Assembly: GCA_964410905.1 (NCBI GenBank)
Contig: CAYPIR010000004.1
Location: 9,878-73,877 of the forward strand
DNA: 64,000 nt
Direction: 5' to 3'
From: an uncultured bacterium
GTDB taxonomy: Bacteria; Omnitrophota; Omnitrophia; Omnitrophales; Aquincolibacteriaceae
Below are positions 1 through 10,900 of this stretch, in pieces (positions within the stretch are counted from its first letter, which is position 1; every line of letters starts with the position of its first letter). Below the pieces are notes generated by a model. The model was given only the letters and a program-made list of their open reading frames with translations. It searched no databases and was not told the DNA's origin. A program made the translations under genes and the position numbers.

Positions 1-342
1 ATTCAACGCCGCTTTTAAATTTTCTTCGCCATAAATCTTAATATTTTCTTCAGCATATTTTGGTGTAAGTTGTCCCGAACTCAAAACTTCAACTACCATT
101 TGCCCAATGTGAATATAGTGTTCATAACGAATTTTAAGCAGCTCTTTGGGCGTAAGTTTGTTTCCCAACGCTGATTTTAAATTGGCATAAATAATTTTCT
201 TCTTTTCCCCGCCGAACAAAAATAAAATTCGTCCCAATCCGCGGCCAAAGCACAAGCCCATATTTAATGGAACGCGTTCAAAAACACTCATCAATATGCG
301 GACAAAAGCCGTCGCAAGCTTATCCAGAATTTCTTCTTTCAA
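1..342 (-). CDS. Lipid A biosynthesis lauroyl/myristoyl acyltransferase (LpxL/HtrB family), N-terminal part; gene continues beyond window start
   Basis: Minus-strand translation of 1..342 gives LKEEILDKLATAFVRILMSVFERVPLNMGLCFGRGLGRILFLFGGEKKK..., typical of LpxL-family acyltransferases. The likely TTG start (340-342) overlaps the lpxK stop (TTGA); an ATG at 289-291 is an alternative. It sits downstream of waaA-lpxK. Confidence 0.6.
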   Translation of the reverse strand, partial: MKEEILDKLATAFVRILMSVFERVPLNMGLCFGRGLGRILFLFGGEKKKIIYANLKSALGNKLTPKELLKIRYEHYIHIGQMVVEVLSSGQLTPKYAEENIKIYGEENLKAALN

Positions 343-1388
343 TGATTAACTCCCAAAAGACTTGTTATTTGTTCCGTCAAAACGTCTTCTCCGGAAACTA
401 TTTTCATTCGAGCCGCAAGAACAAGCGGATTTAAATGTTCGGAAATTAAATTTTTGGCGCGAAAAAAATCTTTTTCCGTCGTGAGAATTTCTTCCGCGGC
501 GGCAGACTGCGAAATATCTTTTATTTGTTTTAAATCTTTCCGACTGTAGTTGTGATGATCTAAAAACTCAAAATTGCGCACGGTTTTAAGCCCGGCTCGC
601 TGCAATAAAAGTTGAAACGACCGCGGAGTCCCAACGCCCGCAAAGGTCGCTACCTTTTTTCCCTCTAACTTATCCAAAGAAAATCTAACGCGAGTTTTTG
701 CGCGATACAAAAAAAGCGGCTCCATTGCCGTTTCGACAAATTGGGCTTGGGGCGCAAAACTTTTTAATGTTTCTTTTAATTTTTTATTCTCTTCTAAAGA
801 AATTAAATTTCCGTGCGTTATCACAATGACGCTTGCGCGAGAAAGAGTCTCAAGAGGCTCTCGCAAAATACCGCGCGGAATTAATTTCCCGTTGCCAAAA
901 GGATTAATGGCGTTTATCAAAATCCATTCCGCGTCACGAAACAATTTTTGATGTTGAAATCCATCATCTAACAAAGCCACGTCAACGCGACGTTTTTCTT
1001 CAGCGACCCGCCTTGCGACCTTGAGTCTGTCGCGACCCACTCCGACAACCGCCATTGGCAAATGATGCTGCAGCTCCAGCGCTTCGTCATGGCTATAACC
1101 GCGAGTTAAAACCAGCGGAGTTTTTTTGAAAGTAGAAATTTTCCTAGCAAGCAACTCAGCAAATGGTGTTTTGCCCGTCCCGCCCCAAGTTATATTCCCG
1201 ATGCTAATAACCGGATAAGGTAATCTTGAACGCTTAAAGATGTTTTTTTCATAAAATGAACGCCGCGTTCGAACCGCAAAACCATACACAAAAGAAAAAA
1301 GAGACAATCCAATCTTCCAAAATTCGCTTCCGAATCCATTTTGTTTATTTTCAGCCAAAAGCCGAAAATAATTTTTTATTCCTTCCAT
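339..1388 (-). CDS. lpxK: Tetraacyldisaccharide 4'-kinase
   Basis: 349 aa with the LpxK P-loop GNITWGGTGKTP; adjacent to waaA and an LpxL-like gene. Confidence 0.85.
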   Translation of the reverse strand: MEGIKNYFRLLAENKQNGFGSEFWKIGLSLFSFVYGFAVRTRRSFYEKNIFKRSRLPYPVISIGNITWGGTGKTPFAELLARKISTFKKTPLVLTRGYSHDEALELQHHLPMAVVGVGRDRLKVARRVAEEKRRVDVALLDDGFQHQKLFRDAEWILINAINPFGNGKLIPRGILREPLETLSRASVIVITHGNLISLEENKKLKETLKSFAPQAQFVETAMEPLFLYRAKTRVRFSLDKLEGKKVATFAGVGTPRSFQLLLQRAGLKTVRNFEFLDHHNYSRKDLKQIKDISQSAAAEEILTTEKDFFRAKNLISEHLNPLVLAARMKIVSGEDVLTEQITSLLGVNH

Positions 1389-1417
1389 TTTAAAAACCGT
1401 CCTTTCTAAAAATCTTT

Positions 1418-2731
1418 CTATGAGTTTGGTTTTTCAATATTGTTTTTCACAAACGCTAAAACCCAACCAGCTTGCCTCTTACTTGCCCCGCGCAAAAGAT
1501 TTACGCTCGCGAATGCCTGCTTGCCCAAATTTCCTTTTTTTTCTGTCGACAAGATTATGGAGCGAGCCGCATCTGCCAACTCGTTTTCATCTGAAACTTT
1601 TATAGCGCCATCGCGAGAATTTAAATACTCATAAATTTTTTCAAAATTAAAAACATAACCTCCGTGCAAAATCGCTTTTTTAAACCGCGCGGCCTCAATA
1701 GGATTTTGTCCGCCATGTTTAACCAAACTTCCTCCTATAAAAACAAAATCCGCCATCAAATATGTGTCTCTTAAAATCCCGATTTTATTTAAAATTTGAA
1801 CTTCAGACGCGGGCGTATTTTTTCTCTCAGTCGCCAAAATGGTGTTTAGTTCCTTTTGCGTAAATATGCCGGAGATCTCCGCCGAGCGTTCAATATGTCT
1901 TGGAGCAATAAAAAGTTTTAAATTTGGAAATTCTTTTTTCAACGAGCTAAAAACTCGCGCGACAATTTCTTCTTCGCCCGGATGAGTGCTCCCAACAATC
2001 CAAACAATATCCGCCGCGCTATATCCCCACAAAGTTTTCATTTCCAAAACATCTTTTTCTGTCCAACTTTTTTCATCAACCAAATCAAACTTCATATTGC
2101 CCATATCTCTGACAGCTTCCTCGTCAACGCCAAGCGCGCGAAACCTTTTCGCGTCTTCTTCCGACTGCGCCAAAACAAATTTTATTTTTTGCCATATCGG
2201 CTTTAAAAACCATTTTATTTTTAAATAACGGCTCAGTGACCGCTTTGAAAGCCGCGCGTTAATCATGCCTACTGGGATTTTTCTTTTAAAGGCTTCCGTC
2301 AAAAAGTTAGGCCAAATTTCCGTCTCCACGAGCAGTACGCAAACAGGTTTAAAAAAATCAAAAAACTTCGCGACAATCCAAGAAAAATCAAATGGAAAAT
2401 AACAAACATGCACGCGGGTATTTTCGTATTTTTTTGCTATTTTTTGGCCTGTCGGAGTTACTGTGGTAAACAACACCTTGTATTCATTGTTTGCTTTAAG
2501 CCAATTTTCTAAAAACTTTTCTACCGCTATGGTTTCGCCAACGCTCACGGCATGTATCCAAACCCATTTTCCCGTTTGAAACTTTTCTTGCCACTCCTTA
2601 GGAAAAACTCCGCGCCTCTCATTCCACAAACTTTTGGGATTGCCAGCCTGTCTTATTTTCATTAGAAAAATCGGCGCATAAAAAATCCCGAAAAAAAGAA
2701 ACGCCGTATTGTAAAAAAAAGTTCTTAACAT
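1418..2731 (-). CDS. waaA: 3-deoxy-D-manno-octulosonic acid (Kdo) transferase
   Basis: 437 aa; N-terminal TM segment, WIHAVSVGE motif, glycosyltransferase family 30 features; synteny with lpxK. Confidence 0.85.
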   Translation of the reverse strand: MLRTFFYNTAFLFFGIFYAPIFLMKIRQAGNPKSLWNERRGVFPKEWQEKFQTGKWVWIHAVSVGETIAVEKFLENWLKANNEYKVLFTTVTPTGQKIAKKYENTRVHVCYFPFDFSWIVAKFFDFFKPVCVLLVETEIWPNFLTEAFKRKIPVGMINARLSKRSLSRYLKIKWFLKPIWQKIKFVLAQSEEDAKRFRALGVDEEAVRDMGNMKFDLVDEKSWTEKDVLEMKTLWGYSAADIVWIVGSTHPGEEEIVARVFSSLKKEFPNLKLFIAPRHIERSAEISGIFTQKELNTILATERKNTPASEVQILNKIGILRDTYLMADFVFIGGSLVKHGGQNPIEAARFKKAILHGGYVFNFEKIYEYLNSRDGAIKVSDENELADAARSIILSTEKKGNLGKQAFASVNLLRGASKRQAGWVLAFVKNNIEKPNS

Positions 2732-2734
2732 TTA

Positions 2735-3613
2735 TTACGACCTTGGATGCGAGGCTTCATAAGCATCTTTTAGACGTTGCGTTGTCACATGCGTATAAAT
2801 CTGAGTAGTAGAAAGATTGGCGTGCCCCAAAAGCTCCTGCACGCTTCTTAAATCCGCGCCATTATCTAAAAGATGAGTCGCGAACGAATGTCTGAAAGTG
2901 TGAGGAGAAATTTCCTTTCCCAATCCGCTGCGGCGAACATATTTCAAAACCATTCGCCTAACACTGCGGTCGGTAAGGCGCGTCCCAATTCGGCTTACAA
3001 AAAGAGGTTTTTTTAGTCCGCCCAAGTTTTCTTTAGGAGGTTTTGTTTCTAAATACAAACGAAGCGCGTTTAGCGCCTTATCGCCAACAGGCACCATTCT
3101 CTCTTTTTTGCCTTTACCGCGAACAAGCAGAACTCCGCCGGAAAAATCCAAATCGTCTTTATTTAATCCTTCAAGCTCGCTTACGCGAAGCCCCGAACTA
3201 TAAAGGATTTCCAAAATCGCTCTGTCGCGTTTTTCTTCCCAAGAATTTTTCGCCGGCGCGTTCAAAAGTTTTTCTATTTCCGAAACGTCCATAAATTCAG
3301 GCAATTTTTTTTCTTTTTTCGGAGTAGCAACGCCGGACGCCGGGTTTTGTAATAAAATATTTTCTCGCGCTAAGTATTTAAAAAAGGAACGAAGGCAAGC
3401 AAGTTTTCTGGAAATTGAATTTTTGCAGTAAGCCTTTGTTTTAAGGTGCGCCAAAAACGCTCTGATATCTAAATACGTCAGCTGCTTAATTTCTTTTTTT
3501 TTACTAAATTCCGCGAACTCTCGCAAATCTATCGCGTAATTTTTTATCGTGTGCTTTGACGCGCCTTTTTCCGTTCTAAGAAATCCTAGAAAATTCTCAA
3601 CAAATTTTTCCAT
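2735..3613 (-). CDS. Tyrosine site-specific recombinase, XerC/XerD family
   Basis: 292 aa; C-terminal catalytic region HTFRHSFATHLL...LGHANLSTTQIYTHV (R-H-R-Y signature). Confidence 0.8.
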   Translation of the reverse strand: MEKFVENFLGFLRTEKGASKHTIKNYAIDLREFAEFSKKKEIKQLTYLDIRAFLAHLKTKAYCKNSISRKLACLRSFFKYLARENILLQNPASGVATPKKEKKLPEFMDVSEIEKLLNAPAKNSWEEKRDRAILEILYSSGLRVSELEGLNKDDLDFSGGVLLVRGKGKKERMVPVGDKALNALRLYLETKPPKENLGGLKKPLFVSRIGTRLTDRSVRRMVLKYVRRSGLGKEISPHTFRHSFATHLLDNGADLRSVQELLGHANLSTTQIYTHVTTQRLKDAYEASHPRS

Positions 3614-3619
3614 ACTTTC

Positions 3620-5764
3620 TTATACGTTCTCTTGAGAAAGAGCTTCGTCATCGTTTTTCTGGGGCAATGTGTTGGTTTTATAATCGCATTCAGGATACTT
3701 GGAGCAGCCGTAAAAAACCCGCTGTCCTTTTGCTTTAGTTCTACGCTTTACAAGTTCTCCGCCGCAGCCTTCTTTAGGACAGAAAAACCCTGTCGGAATT
3801 GAACGCGTAAACTTGCAATCAGGAAACCCTGAACATGCCATAAATTTTCCAAATCGCCCAAATTTAATGACAAGCGGTTTGCCGCATTTGTCGCATTTAT
3901 ATTCTGTTTGAATCGGCGCGGGGCGGACATTTTTCATTTCTGTCTGAGCGCGCGTCAAGGCCTCGCCAAATGGTCCATAAAAATCTTTTAAGACTTGCAC
4001 CCATCCGCCTTTTGTTTGCCATTCTCCGCTCGCTATCTCATCTAACTCTTCTTCCATCCTGGCCGTAAATTTTTCGTCTAAAATTGTCGGGAAATGTTGG
4101 ACCAACAAGTCCAAAACCGTTTCGCCAAGTTCCGTAGAAATAAGCGCTTTTGCCTTTCTTTCAACATACATACGCGCCAAAAGAGTCGCGATTGTGGGAG
4201 CATAAGTGCTGGGGCGGCCAATTCCTTTTTCGTCCAAAAGTTCAATCAAACTCGCGTCATTAAAATGCGCCGGAGGTTTCGTGAAATGCTGTTCGCCCAA
4301 AAGTTCACGCAGTAAAAGAGCCTCGCCGGCGCTTAGTTTCGGAAGTTCATTTGACTCCGCCGCCAAATCATCTTCCGCGTCTTGTGTTTCGCTTTTGGGT
4401 TTTTGAAAATCACCGAATACCGCGGTATAGCCCGGGAAAATATTTTTCTTTCCGGTCGTTTTGAAATAATATTTGTTTCCCGCCGTAATAATCACCGCTA
4501 TGTGCTCATCAAGCGTCGGCGTCATTTGAGAAGCAATAAATTTTCTCCAAATCATTTCATAAAGTTTTAACTCATCGGCTTCCAAAAATTGGCGGACTTT
4601 TTCCGGCGTATTTAAAACATTTGTCGGGCGAATCGCCTCATGCGCCTCTTGAGCATTTTTCTTTGCCTTATAAACATTTGGCTTTTCGGGTAAATATTCT
4701 TTGCCAAATGTCCCTAGAATGTATTTTGCCGCCTCGTCCGCCGCTTCAGGAGAAACATTAACGGAGTCCGTTCTCATATAAGTAATCAAGCCTTCGTTCC
4801 CGTCCGCGCCCAAGTCAACGCCTTCATAAAGTTTTTGCGCGATTCGCATCGTGTTGGCGGCCGTAAATCCTAAACGGCTGGAAGCTTCTTGCTGCAATTT
4901 ACTGGTCGTGTAAGGAGCTTGAGGGCGTCTGCGTTTTTGAGTAACATCAACGCTCTCAACGACAAACGGGAGGTTTTCGATTTCTTTTTTAATTTGCTCA
5001 GTAATTTCTTTTTCTTTTAATTTCGCTTTATCATCGCCAATTTGATAAAATCGCGCGGTAAATTTTTTTTCTACTTCCTCGCCGGCTTTTGCGGAAAGGC
5101 TTGCATCAAGCGTCCAATATTCTTCCGGCTTAAACGCCTTAATCTCACGCTCACGTTCAACAATAAACCGCAATGCCACAGATTGAACGCGCCCCGCACT
5201 CAAGCCCCGCCCAACATTTTTCCACAAAAGTGGGCTAATTTGATAACCGACCACGCGATCAAGAATACGACGCGCTTGCTGCGCGTCAACAAGATTCATG
5301 TCAATGTTGCTGGGATTGGCAAAGCCTTTTAAAACCGCGTCCTTCGTAATCGCGCCATATTTAACCCGCAAAAATTTTTGATTATGGTTTTGCTCGGAAA
5401 AAATAGTTTTTAAGTGCCATGCGATAGCCTCCCCTTCGCGGTCTTCATCGGGAGCGAGATAAATAATTTCGCGGTTTTCAGCGTCTTTCTTGAGCTGCTT
5501 CTCGATTTTCTTGGATTTCGGAGGAATAATGTATTCGGGCGTAAAATCATGTTCAATATCTACCGCCATTCGACTTTTAGGGAGGTCGCGAATATGCCCC
5601 ATTGATGCCACAACAAAATAATCTTTGCCTAAAAAATGATTAATTTTTTCGGCTTTGCCGGGTGATTCAACAATCACAAGATACTTAGCCCCGGAACCGC
5701 GCCTTGAAACACTAGCGGACTTAGCTCTTTTTCTAACTTTTTTCATCTTTTCAGAATCAGCCAC
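3620..5764 (-). CDS. topA: DNA topoisomerase I (type IA) with C-terminal zinc-ribbon repeats
   Basis: 714 aa; Toprim region (VVASMGHIRDLP), TYMRTDS active-site region, multiple C-x2-C...C-x2-C zinc fingers at the C-terminus. Confidence 0.9.
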   Translation of the reverse strand: MADSEKMKKVRKRAKSASVSRRGSGAKYLVIVESPGKAEKINHFLGKDYFVVASMGHIRDLPKSRMAVDIEHDFTPEYIIPPKSKKIEKQLKKDAENREIIYLAPDEDREGEAIAWHLKTIFSEQNHNQKFLRVKYGAITKDAVLKGFANPSNIDMNLVDAQQARRILDRVVGYQISPLLWKNVGRGLSAGRVQSVALRFIVEREREIKAFKPEEYWTLDASLSAKAGEEVEKKFTARFYQIGDDKAKLKEKEITEQIKKEIENLPFVVESVDVTQKRRRPQAPYTTSKLQQEASSRLGFTAANTMRIAQKLYEGVDLGADGNEGLITYMRTDSVNVSPEAADEAAKYILGTFGKEYLPEKPNVYKAKKNAQEAHEAIRPTNVLNTPEKVRQFLEADELKLYEMIWRKFIASQMTPTLDEHIAVIITAGNKYYFKTTGKKNIFPGYTAVFGDFQKPKSETQDAEDDLAAESNELPKLSAGEALLLRELLGEQHFTKPPAHFNDASLIELLDEKGIGRPSTYAPTIATLLARMYVERKAKALISTELGETVLDLLVQHFPTILDEKFTARMEEELDEIASGEWQTKGGWVQVLKDFYGPFGEALTRAQTEMKNVRPAPIQTEYKCDKCGKPLVIKFGRFGKFMACSGFPDCKFTRSIPTGFFCPKEGCGGELVKRRTKAKGQRVFYGCSKYPECDYKTNTLPQKNDDEALSQENV

Positions 5765-5984
5765 GACAACTCCTTAATTAAATGAAGACAATTTTAAAGC
5801 CTCGAAAATAAAAAAGTTTTTTGATTCTAATAAAAACCTTGTTTGTTGTAAAACAAAAGTTTATCGGACGCTTTTAACCCTTTTAAAAACAATGACTTAT
5901 AATAAATTCTTATTTTCGCGCCTCGCATACACACAAAAAGGGCAGACCCAAAACGGATCTGCCCCTTATGCAAAAACTTACTTT

Positions 5985-6377
5985 TTAGGCTTCAACCACT
6001 TGCGTTTTTGCCCAAGTATCAGCAAAACGATGTCCCTTTACGAGCAATCCAACAAGTTCAACAATATAGCCCACGACAAGCACAAAAGGAATGATAAGAA
6101 GAATGTTGCGGATAAGAGCTTGAATCAATGTCACTTTTTTGTCTGTTAAACTAATGAGACGGATTTTAACCAGCGCGCGCCCCGGAGAATAAACCGCATC
6201 GCGAAATGCAAGCCACGCAATATTTACAATAACGAGAACAACATTTCTAACAACCTCAGGCGCGGCGACCAAAATAAGCCCGATAACAATCCCTATAACA
6301 ATAGGAATAATCAAAAGGTCTATGAGACCTGCCGCAAAACGTTTTCCTTTACTTGCTGGAACTAACCCCTCTTCCAT
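5985..6377 (-). CDS. RDD-family small membrane protein
   Basis: 130 aa; RFAAGLIDLLI motif followed by hydrophobic helices. Confidence 0.55.
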   Translation of the reverse strand: MEEGLVPASKGKRFAAGLIDLLIIPIVIGIVIGLILVAAPEVVRNVVLVIVNIAWLAFRDAVYSPGRALVKIRLISLTDKKVTLIQALIRNILLIIPFVLVVGYIVELVGLLVKGHRFADTWAKTQVVEA

Positions 6378-6476
6378 ATTGAACCCCTTTCGGTTTAAAT
6401 TTTTAACAAAACAGCCTTTTATAAAAATTCTTTCTCATTGTGTAGGATAGTAACGGCATTTTGTATCATTCCTTAA

Positions 6477-7643
6477 CTACAAAAGCGCCCAGCGGCCTTC
6501 GGGATTTTTGCGTATTTTTTTAGCAAGCTCAAGACAAAGCAATAAGCCGGGCAATTGCGCGGTATCAAGTCCAAGTGCTTCCAAAATCTCATCGCTTGAA
6601 GCAGATCCTTCTTCGGACAAAAATTCCAATATGTTTTTTTCATCTTGATTAAAACTGTCTTTGTTTTTTTCTACCGTTTTAGAAACAAAAAATATTTTTG
6701 ATAGAAAATTTTCTTTTTTATCTTTTTCCGCCTTATCAAGCGTCTTATCTTCCGTCTCTGTTTGTTCTATAAATTTGTTATCAAGCCGCAGCTTATCCGC
6801 CAAAACAAGTAAAACATCTTCCGCTGTTTCAACAAGATAGGCGCCCTCTTTGATAAGCTTATTGGTTCCCCGAGACGTAAGCTGGTCAACCGGGCCAGGC
6901 AGCGCGAAAACATCTCGCCCTTGTTCAACCGCTTGATGCGCGGTTATAAGAGACCCGCTTCGCGCGTGCGCTTCAATAACAAGCGTCGCGCAGGTGAGTC
7001 CTGATAAAATTCTATTACGGCGCGGAAAATTTTCAGGCTTTGGCAGAGTCCCAATAGGATATTCACTTAAAACCGCGCCGCGTTCCGCTATTTGTTCAAA
7101 AAGTTTCCTGTGCTCTTCAGGATAAACTTTATCCATTCCGCAGCCCATTACGGCCAAAGTCCTGCCGTAAGAAATTTGTAAGGCCGCGTCATGAGCTATG
7201 CCGTCAATGCCGCGAGCAAGTCCCGAAACTATAGTAAGTCCTTTTGCCGCTAATTCCTGCGCGAATTTCTTGGTTTGTGTTCTACCGTAAAAACTAGGAT
7301 GCCGCGTCCCGACAATGGCAATGGCATTTTGATCATCGTCGATAATTTCCCCTTTCTTGTATAGGACAAGCGGCGGGTCGGGAATTTCCTTTAAAATTCT
7401 TGGATAAAACTCGTTCGTCCAGCACAAGAAATCAACTCCAAGTTTTTGACAAATCTCAATTTCTTTTTCTGCCGCAAATCGCTCAACTATTCCCTGAAAC
7501 AAGTTTTCATTTTCAATTGCTGCTAAAACATCTCGCGGAGATTTGCCTTCGCTTAAAAAATGTAACGTTCTGCGCCTTCCGGACGCCGAAAGTCTATTAA
7601 GCGTAAGAAATGCTTCTAAATCTTTTGTTTGAATACCGTCCAT
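6477..7643 (-). CDS. dprA: DNA-processing protein DprA (Smf)
   Basis: 388 aa; Rossmann-like DprA core (IVGTRHPS...GCGMDKVYPEEH...FALPG) and C-terminal winged-helix-like tail; conserved dprA-topA neighbourhood. Confidence 0.85.
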   Translation of the reverse strand: MDGIQTKDLEAFLTLNRLSASGRRRTLHFLSEGKSPRDVLAAIENENLFQGIVERFAAEKEIEICQKLGVDFLCWTNEFYPRILKEIPDPPLVLYKKGEIIDDDQNAIAIVGTRHPSFYGRTQTKKFAQELAAKGLTIVSGLARGIDGIAHDAALQISYGRTLAVMGCGMDKVYPEEHRKLFEQIAERGAVLSEYPIGTLPKPENFPRRNRILSGLTCATLVIEAHARSGSLITAHQAVEQGRDVFALPGPVDQLTSRGTNKLIKEGAYLVETAEDVLLVLADKLRLDNKFIEQTETEDKTLDKAEKDKKENFLSKIFFVSKTVEKNKDSFNQDEKNILEFLSEEGSASSDEILEALGLDTAQLPGLLLCLELAKKIRKNPEGRWALL

Positions 7644-7965
7644 ATTCTGCTCCCATTTTTAATGAGAGTAGATTAATTTATTTTTAATTAAAATGCAATT
7701 AAATTATTAATTAAAATTATTTATAAGTTAAAAGCAAAGACATTCTTACAGGCTTTCTCGTATTTAAAATGGAATGTTGACAAAAAATTAGGGAGTAGGT
7801 ACAAAACAACACGGGCTGAAAATCGACCGAAGCTTCGTATCTGCTCCCAATTTTATCTAAAATTTGAGCTCTGCGACGCAAATGTCAGCTTCACCGGCAT
7901 AGTCCGTTACGCCCATTGCCCAAAGCATTGGGACGAAACGGCGAAGAGCCCTCGGCGCTTGTCCT

Positions 7966-10900
7966 TTACGCAGATTTGGCAATTACGAAATCGCTGGCAA
8001 GTTTTTCCGCCAGAGATTTAAAAAGCGTTCCCGCCAAATTCAGGAACCTATTAATCATTTTTTCATTCACAACAATCGGTTTCTCGCGCAGCGCTTCTGT
8101 CAACTCTTCCGCCAACGCGAGTTCGTCTGAGCTGATCATCGCTTTAAGCGAAATGCCGTTTTTGGCAAGAAATTTAACCGCCTCTGTCGCGTCAGAAAAA
8201 ACTTCCACTCTATTTTGAAGATTTTCCGCCGCTATGATTTTTTTAATACTTTCAATTTGCGAACGGTCTTTTTCCAAAATCACAAAACTGCTCCCCGCGT
8301 AAATCGTCTTAGCAAGCGCCAGCAAACCCTTTCCTTTAGCGAGCGCCAAATCCGCGCCCAAAATAAACGAGTCGTTTCCATTAACTTCAAGCCCAAGCGC
8401 TCCAACGGCATTTTGAATAGAAGTTTTAGCCCCTTTGGAAGAAATGCTATTGCTAGCCTCTGTATCAGCGGCCAAACGTTCTGGATTAGCAAGAGCGGAA
8501 GCGAGTCCATCTGTTACCTCTGCCGTTACAAAACGGCTCGAGCTTTCGCTTCCGCCGGCATTTCCGTCCGCTGTTTTATTTTCATTTAGAAAATAAGAAG
8601 ACGGAATGTTTTCTTCATTTTTTCGCGCGCGAACGTCAGCGCGGTAAACTATTGCTTCCACAATAGAGTTTCCGCTTGAACCAAACGCGTCTCTTTTTCT
8701 AACCGTCCAATCTATAGCATTCTCATTTCCGACTCTGGAATACCCTTCATCTCTTCCAAGACGAAGCCTCCTGTCAAATTCCGCCATTGCCTTGTTAAAA
8801 ATTTCCAAAATTTTTTCACTTTCCTTTTCGCTGGGCAGAAGAGTTGTTCCCGCTTGAAATTCTTCGGCATCAACTCCATTTTTCAAATTTTCTTTTTCAA
8901 GCCTAGCCTCTATTGAATATTTCAGATAATGAGGCAGCCGCACAGCCTCAAGCCATTGCGTTCTATCACGGCCGTTCGCGCCTTCACGATTAACCGGAAC
9001 GCCTACCGTCCAACCATCGCCATCTTTTGAATGATAAAAACTATCTCCAGAACGAATGCCGTAAATTCGGCCTCGCAAAGCGTTCACTACAACATAAGAC
9101 GCAGTCGAAGAATTTTGAATGGGAGATTTTGACAAATCAAGAACCTTAAACCACGCCTTACCGTCTTGAACGTTATACGGCTCTGATGAGAAATGAATCA
9201 CATTAAAAAGATTTCTTTCTTTAAATTTTCTCGACATCGCAAATCCGCTTGTCGGATCGGTTTTGCGAATAAGCGCTTTGCCGTCCTTAAAAAATCCTTT
9301 ATATTTTTCGGACTCTATTGTCTTTTTAAGCTGCGAGTAATATCCAAAATCCCAGTTCTTCATTTCATCAAGCAAAGACGGTTCCAAAAATGTTACAAAA
9401 CTCATCACCGCCCGCATCCCTCGCGCGAATGTTCCAACCGCAACATTTCTAGGAAGACCAGAAATTTCTTGCAACAATTCCTTCAAAGCGCCCGGCATTT
9501 CTTGAGCCTTTTGGATTTCGCGGGCGATAAAGTCAGCGTTATTTTGCTTTCCGGCAAAAAGATGTCCCTGCGAAAGATCTAATACTGCTAACAAAAACGG
9601 GTGCCCGACTCGTCCAAGTTCTTTTCTCTCTTTTGTATCAATCCTTGTAATTTTCAGCGCCTGAAATCCTACGTCCTTGGGAATGCCGACATCTAAACCT
9701 CTTTGAGTAATATCGCCGACAGAATACGAGCCGTATTTCGCGCTCAAGCCGGCGTCTTCTATACGAACCGTGCCCACGCCGGGCAACAATCCTTTCCAAA
9801 CGGGTCCGCCCTGTATTCTTCCCCAGACTTTAGCTGCATCACTTTTCTTTCCTTGAGGATAACCAAACCAGCCCCTGTCGAAAACAAGAAGATATACCGG
9901 ACCTTTTTCATAACGGAAAGGATACGCGGTTATCAAGTCCGTGGATGTTACAAACTCTTCATCGCCTGAAATCTTTTGGTTTTGCCGTTTTATAGCTTTT
10001 TCTAAATAGATTTTGTAGCCCGCATTTTTAAATATGGCGGGACTCCACGCTCGCTCATTTGCCGATTCTTGCAAATATTGTCCAAAAACATCTAATACGA
10101 AGGTGTCCAAAAGAGTAAGCGTTTCTTCATCTTTTATCTGTTCGCTTACAACACGGCTTATATCGTTCCATATATCCGCATAATCTTCATCGTAAACAGT
10201 TAGAAAAATCGCCCGTTTTTCTTCAACAGCGCTTACCCCGTCTATTTTCTTAAAAATCCCTTTTCTGAATGCCGCAAAACCCTCAACGGCGTTTCTCTTT
10301 ATTTTTTGGAACTCAGTTTTTTCTGTCTCGTCAAAAATATCTTCAAAGCTCGCGAGCTGCGTTGTATAAAAAACAGCTTTTTGCCAATTCAAAGTTTCCG
10401 CGGTGGCCGCTACGCGCTTAAAAATACTTTTCACTTCTATTCTTCGCGCGATTTCCCGCAACAATCTGCTAGCCTCTGGGATTCGGGTCAGCAGCACATC
10501 CATATTGTCCGTGCTAAGAGAACCCGCCAATTTTTCGATCTCTGTTTTTGCGACAACTTCAATCAATGAGTGCTCATTTTCAAACGGGCTTCTTTTAGTT
10601 TTCACCATTTCATCCGCCCAACCGTTTAAATCTGAATACCCAATGCCTTTAGCCGAGAATTCACTGGCGAGCCTGTCTAATTCTTCATATGTTGCGGCTA
10701 CTATTCTTTGTTCAGATCTGTTATTTTCATCACTTCGCACTTCATCGCGAAGACTTCCCCAAGCCACTTCGTTTTCTTTTACAACTCGCATCCAGAGCAA
10801 GTCTTCTACGCCCTCCACATGCAATTGCTTAGAAAGCGAGTCCACCATAATAAACGGCTGTCTTCCTTTAGTATCATCTATGATAATCGTATAAACCGTT

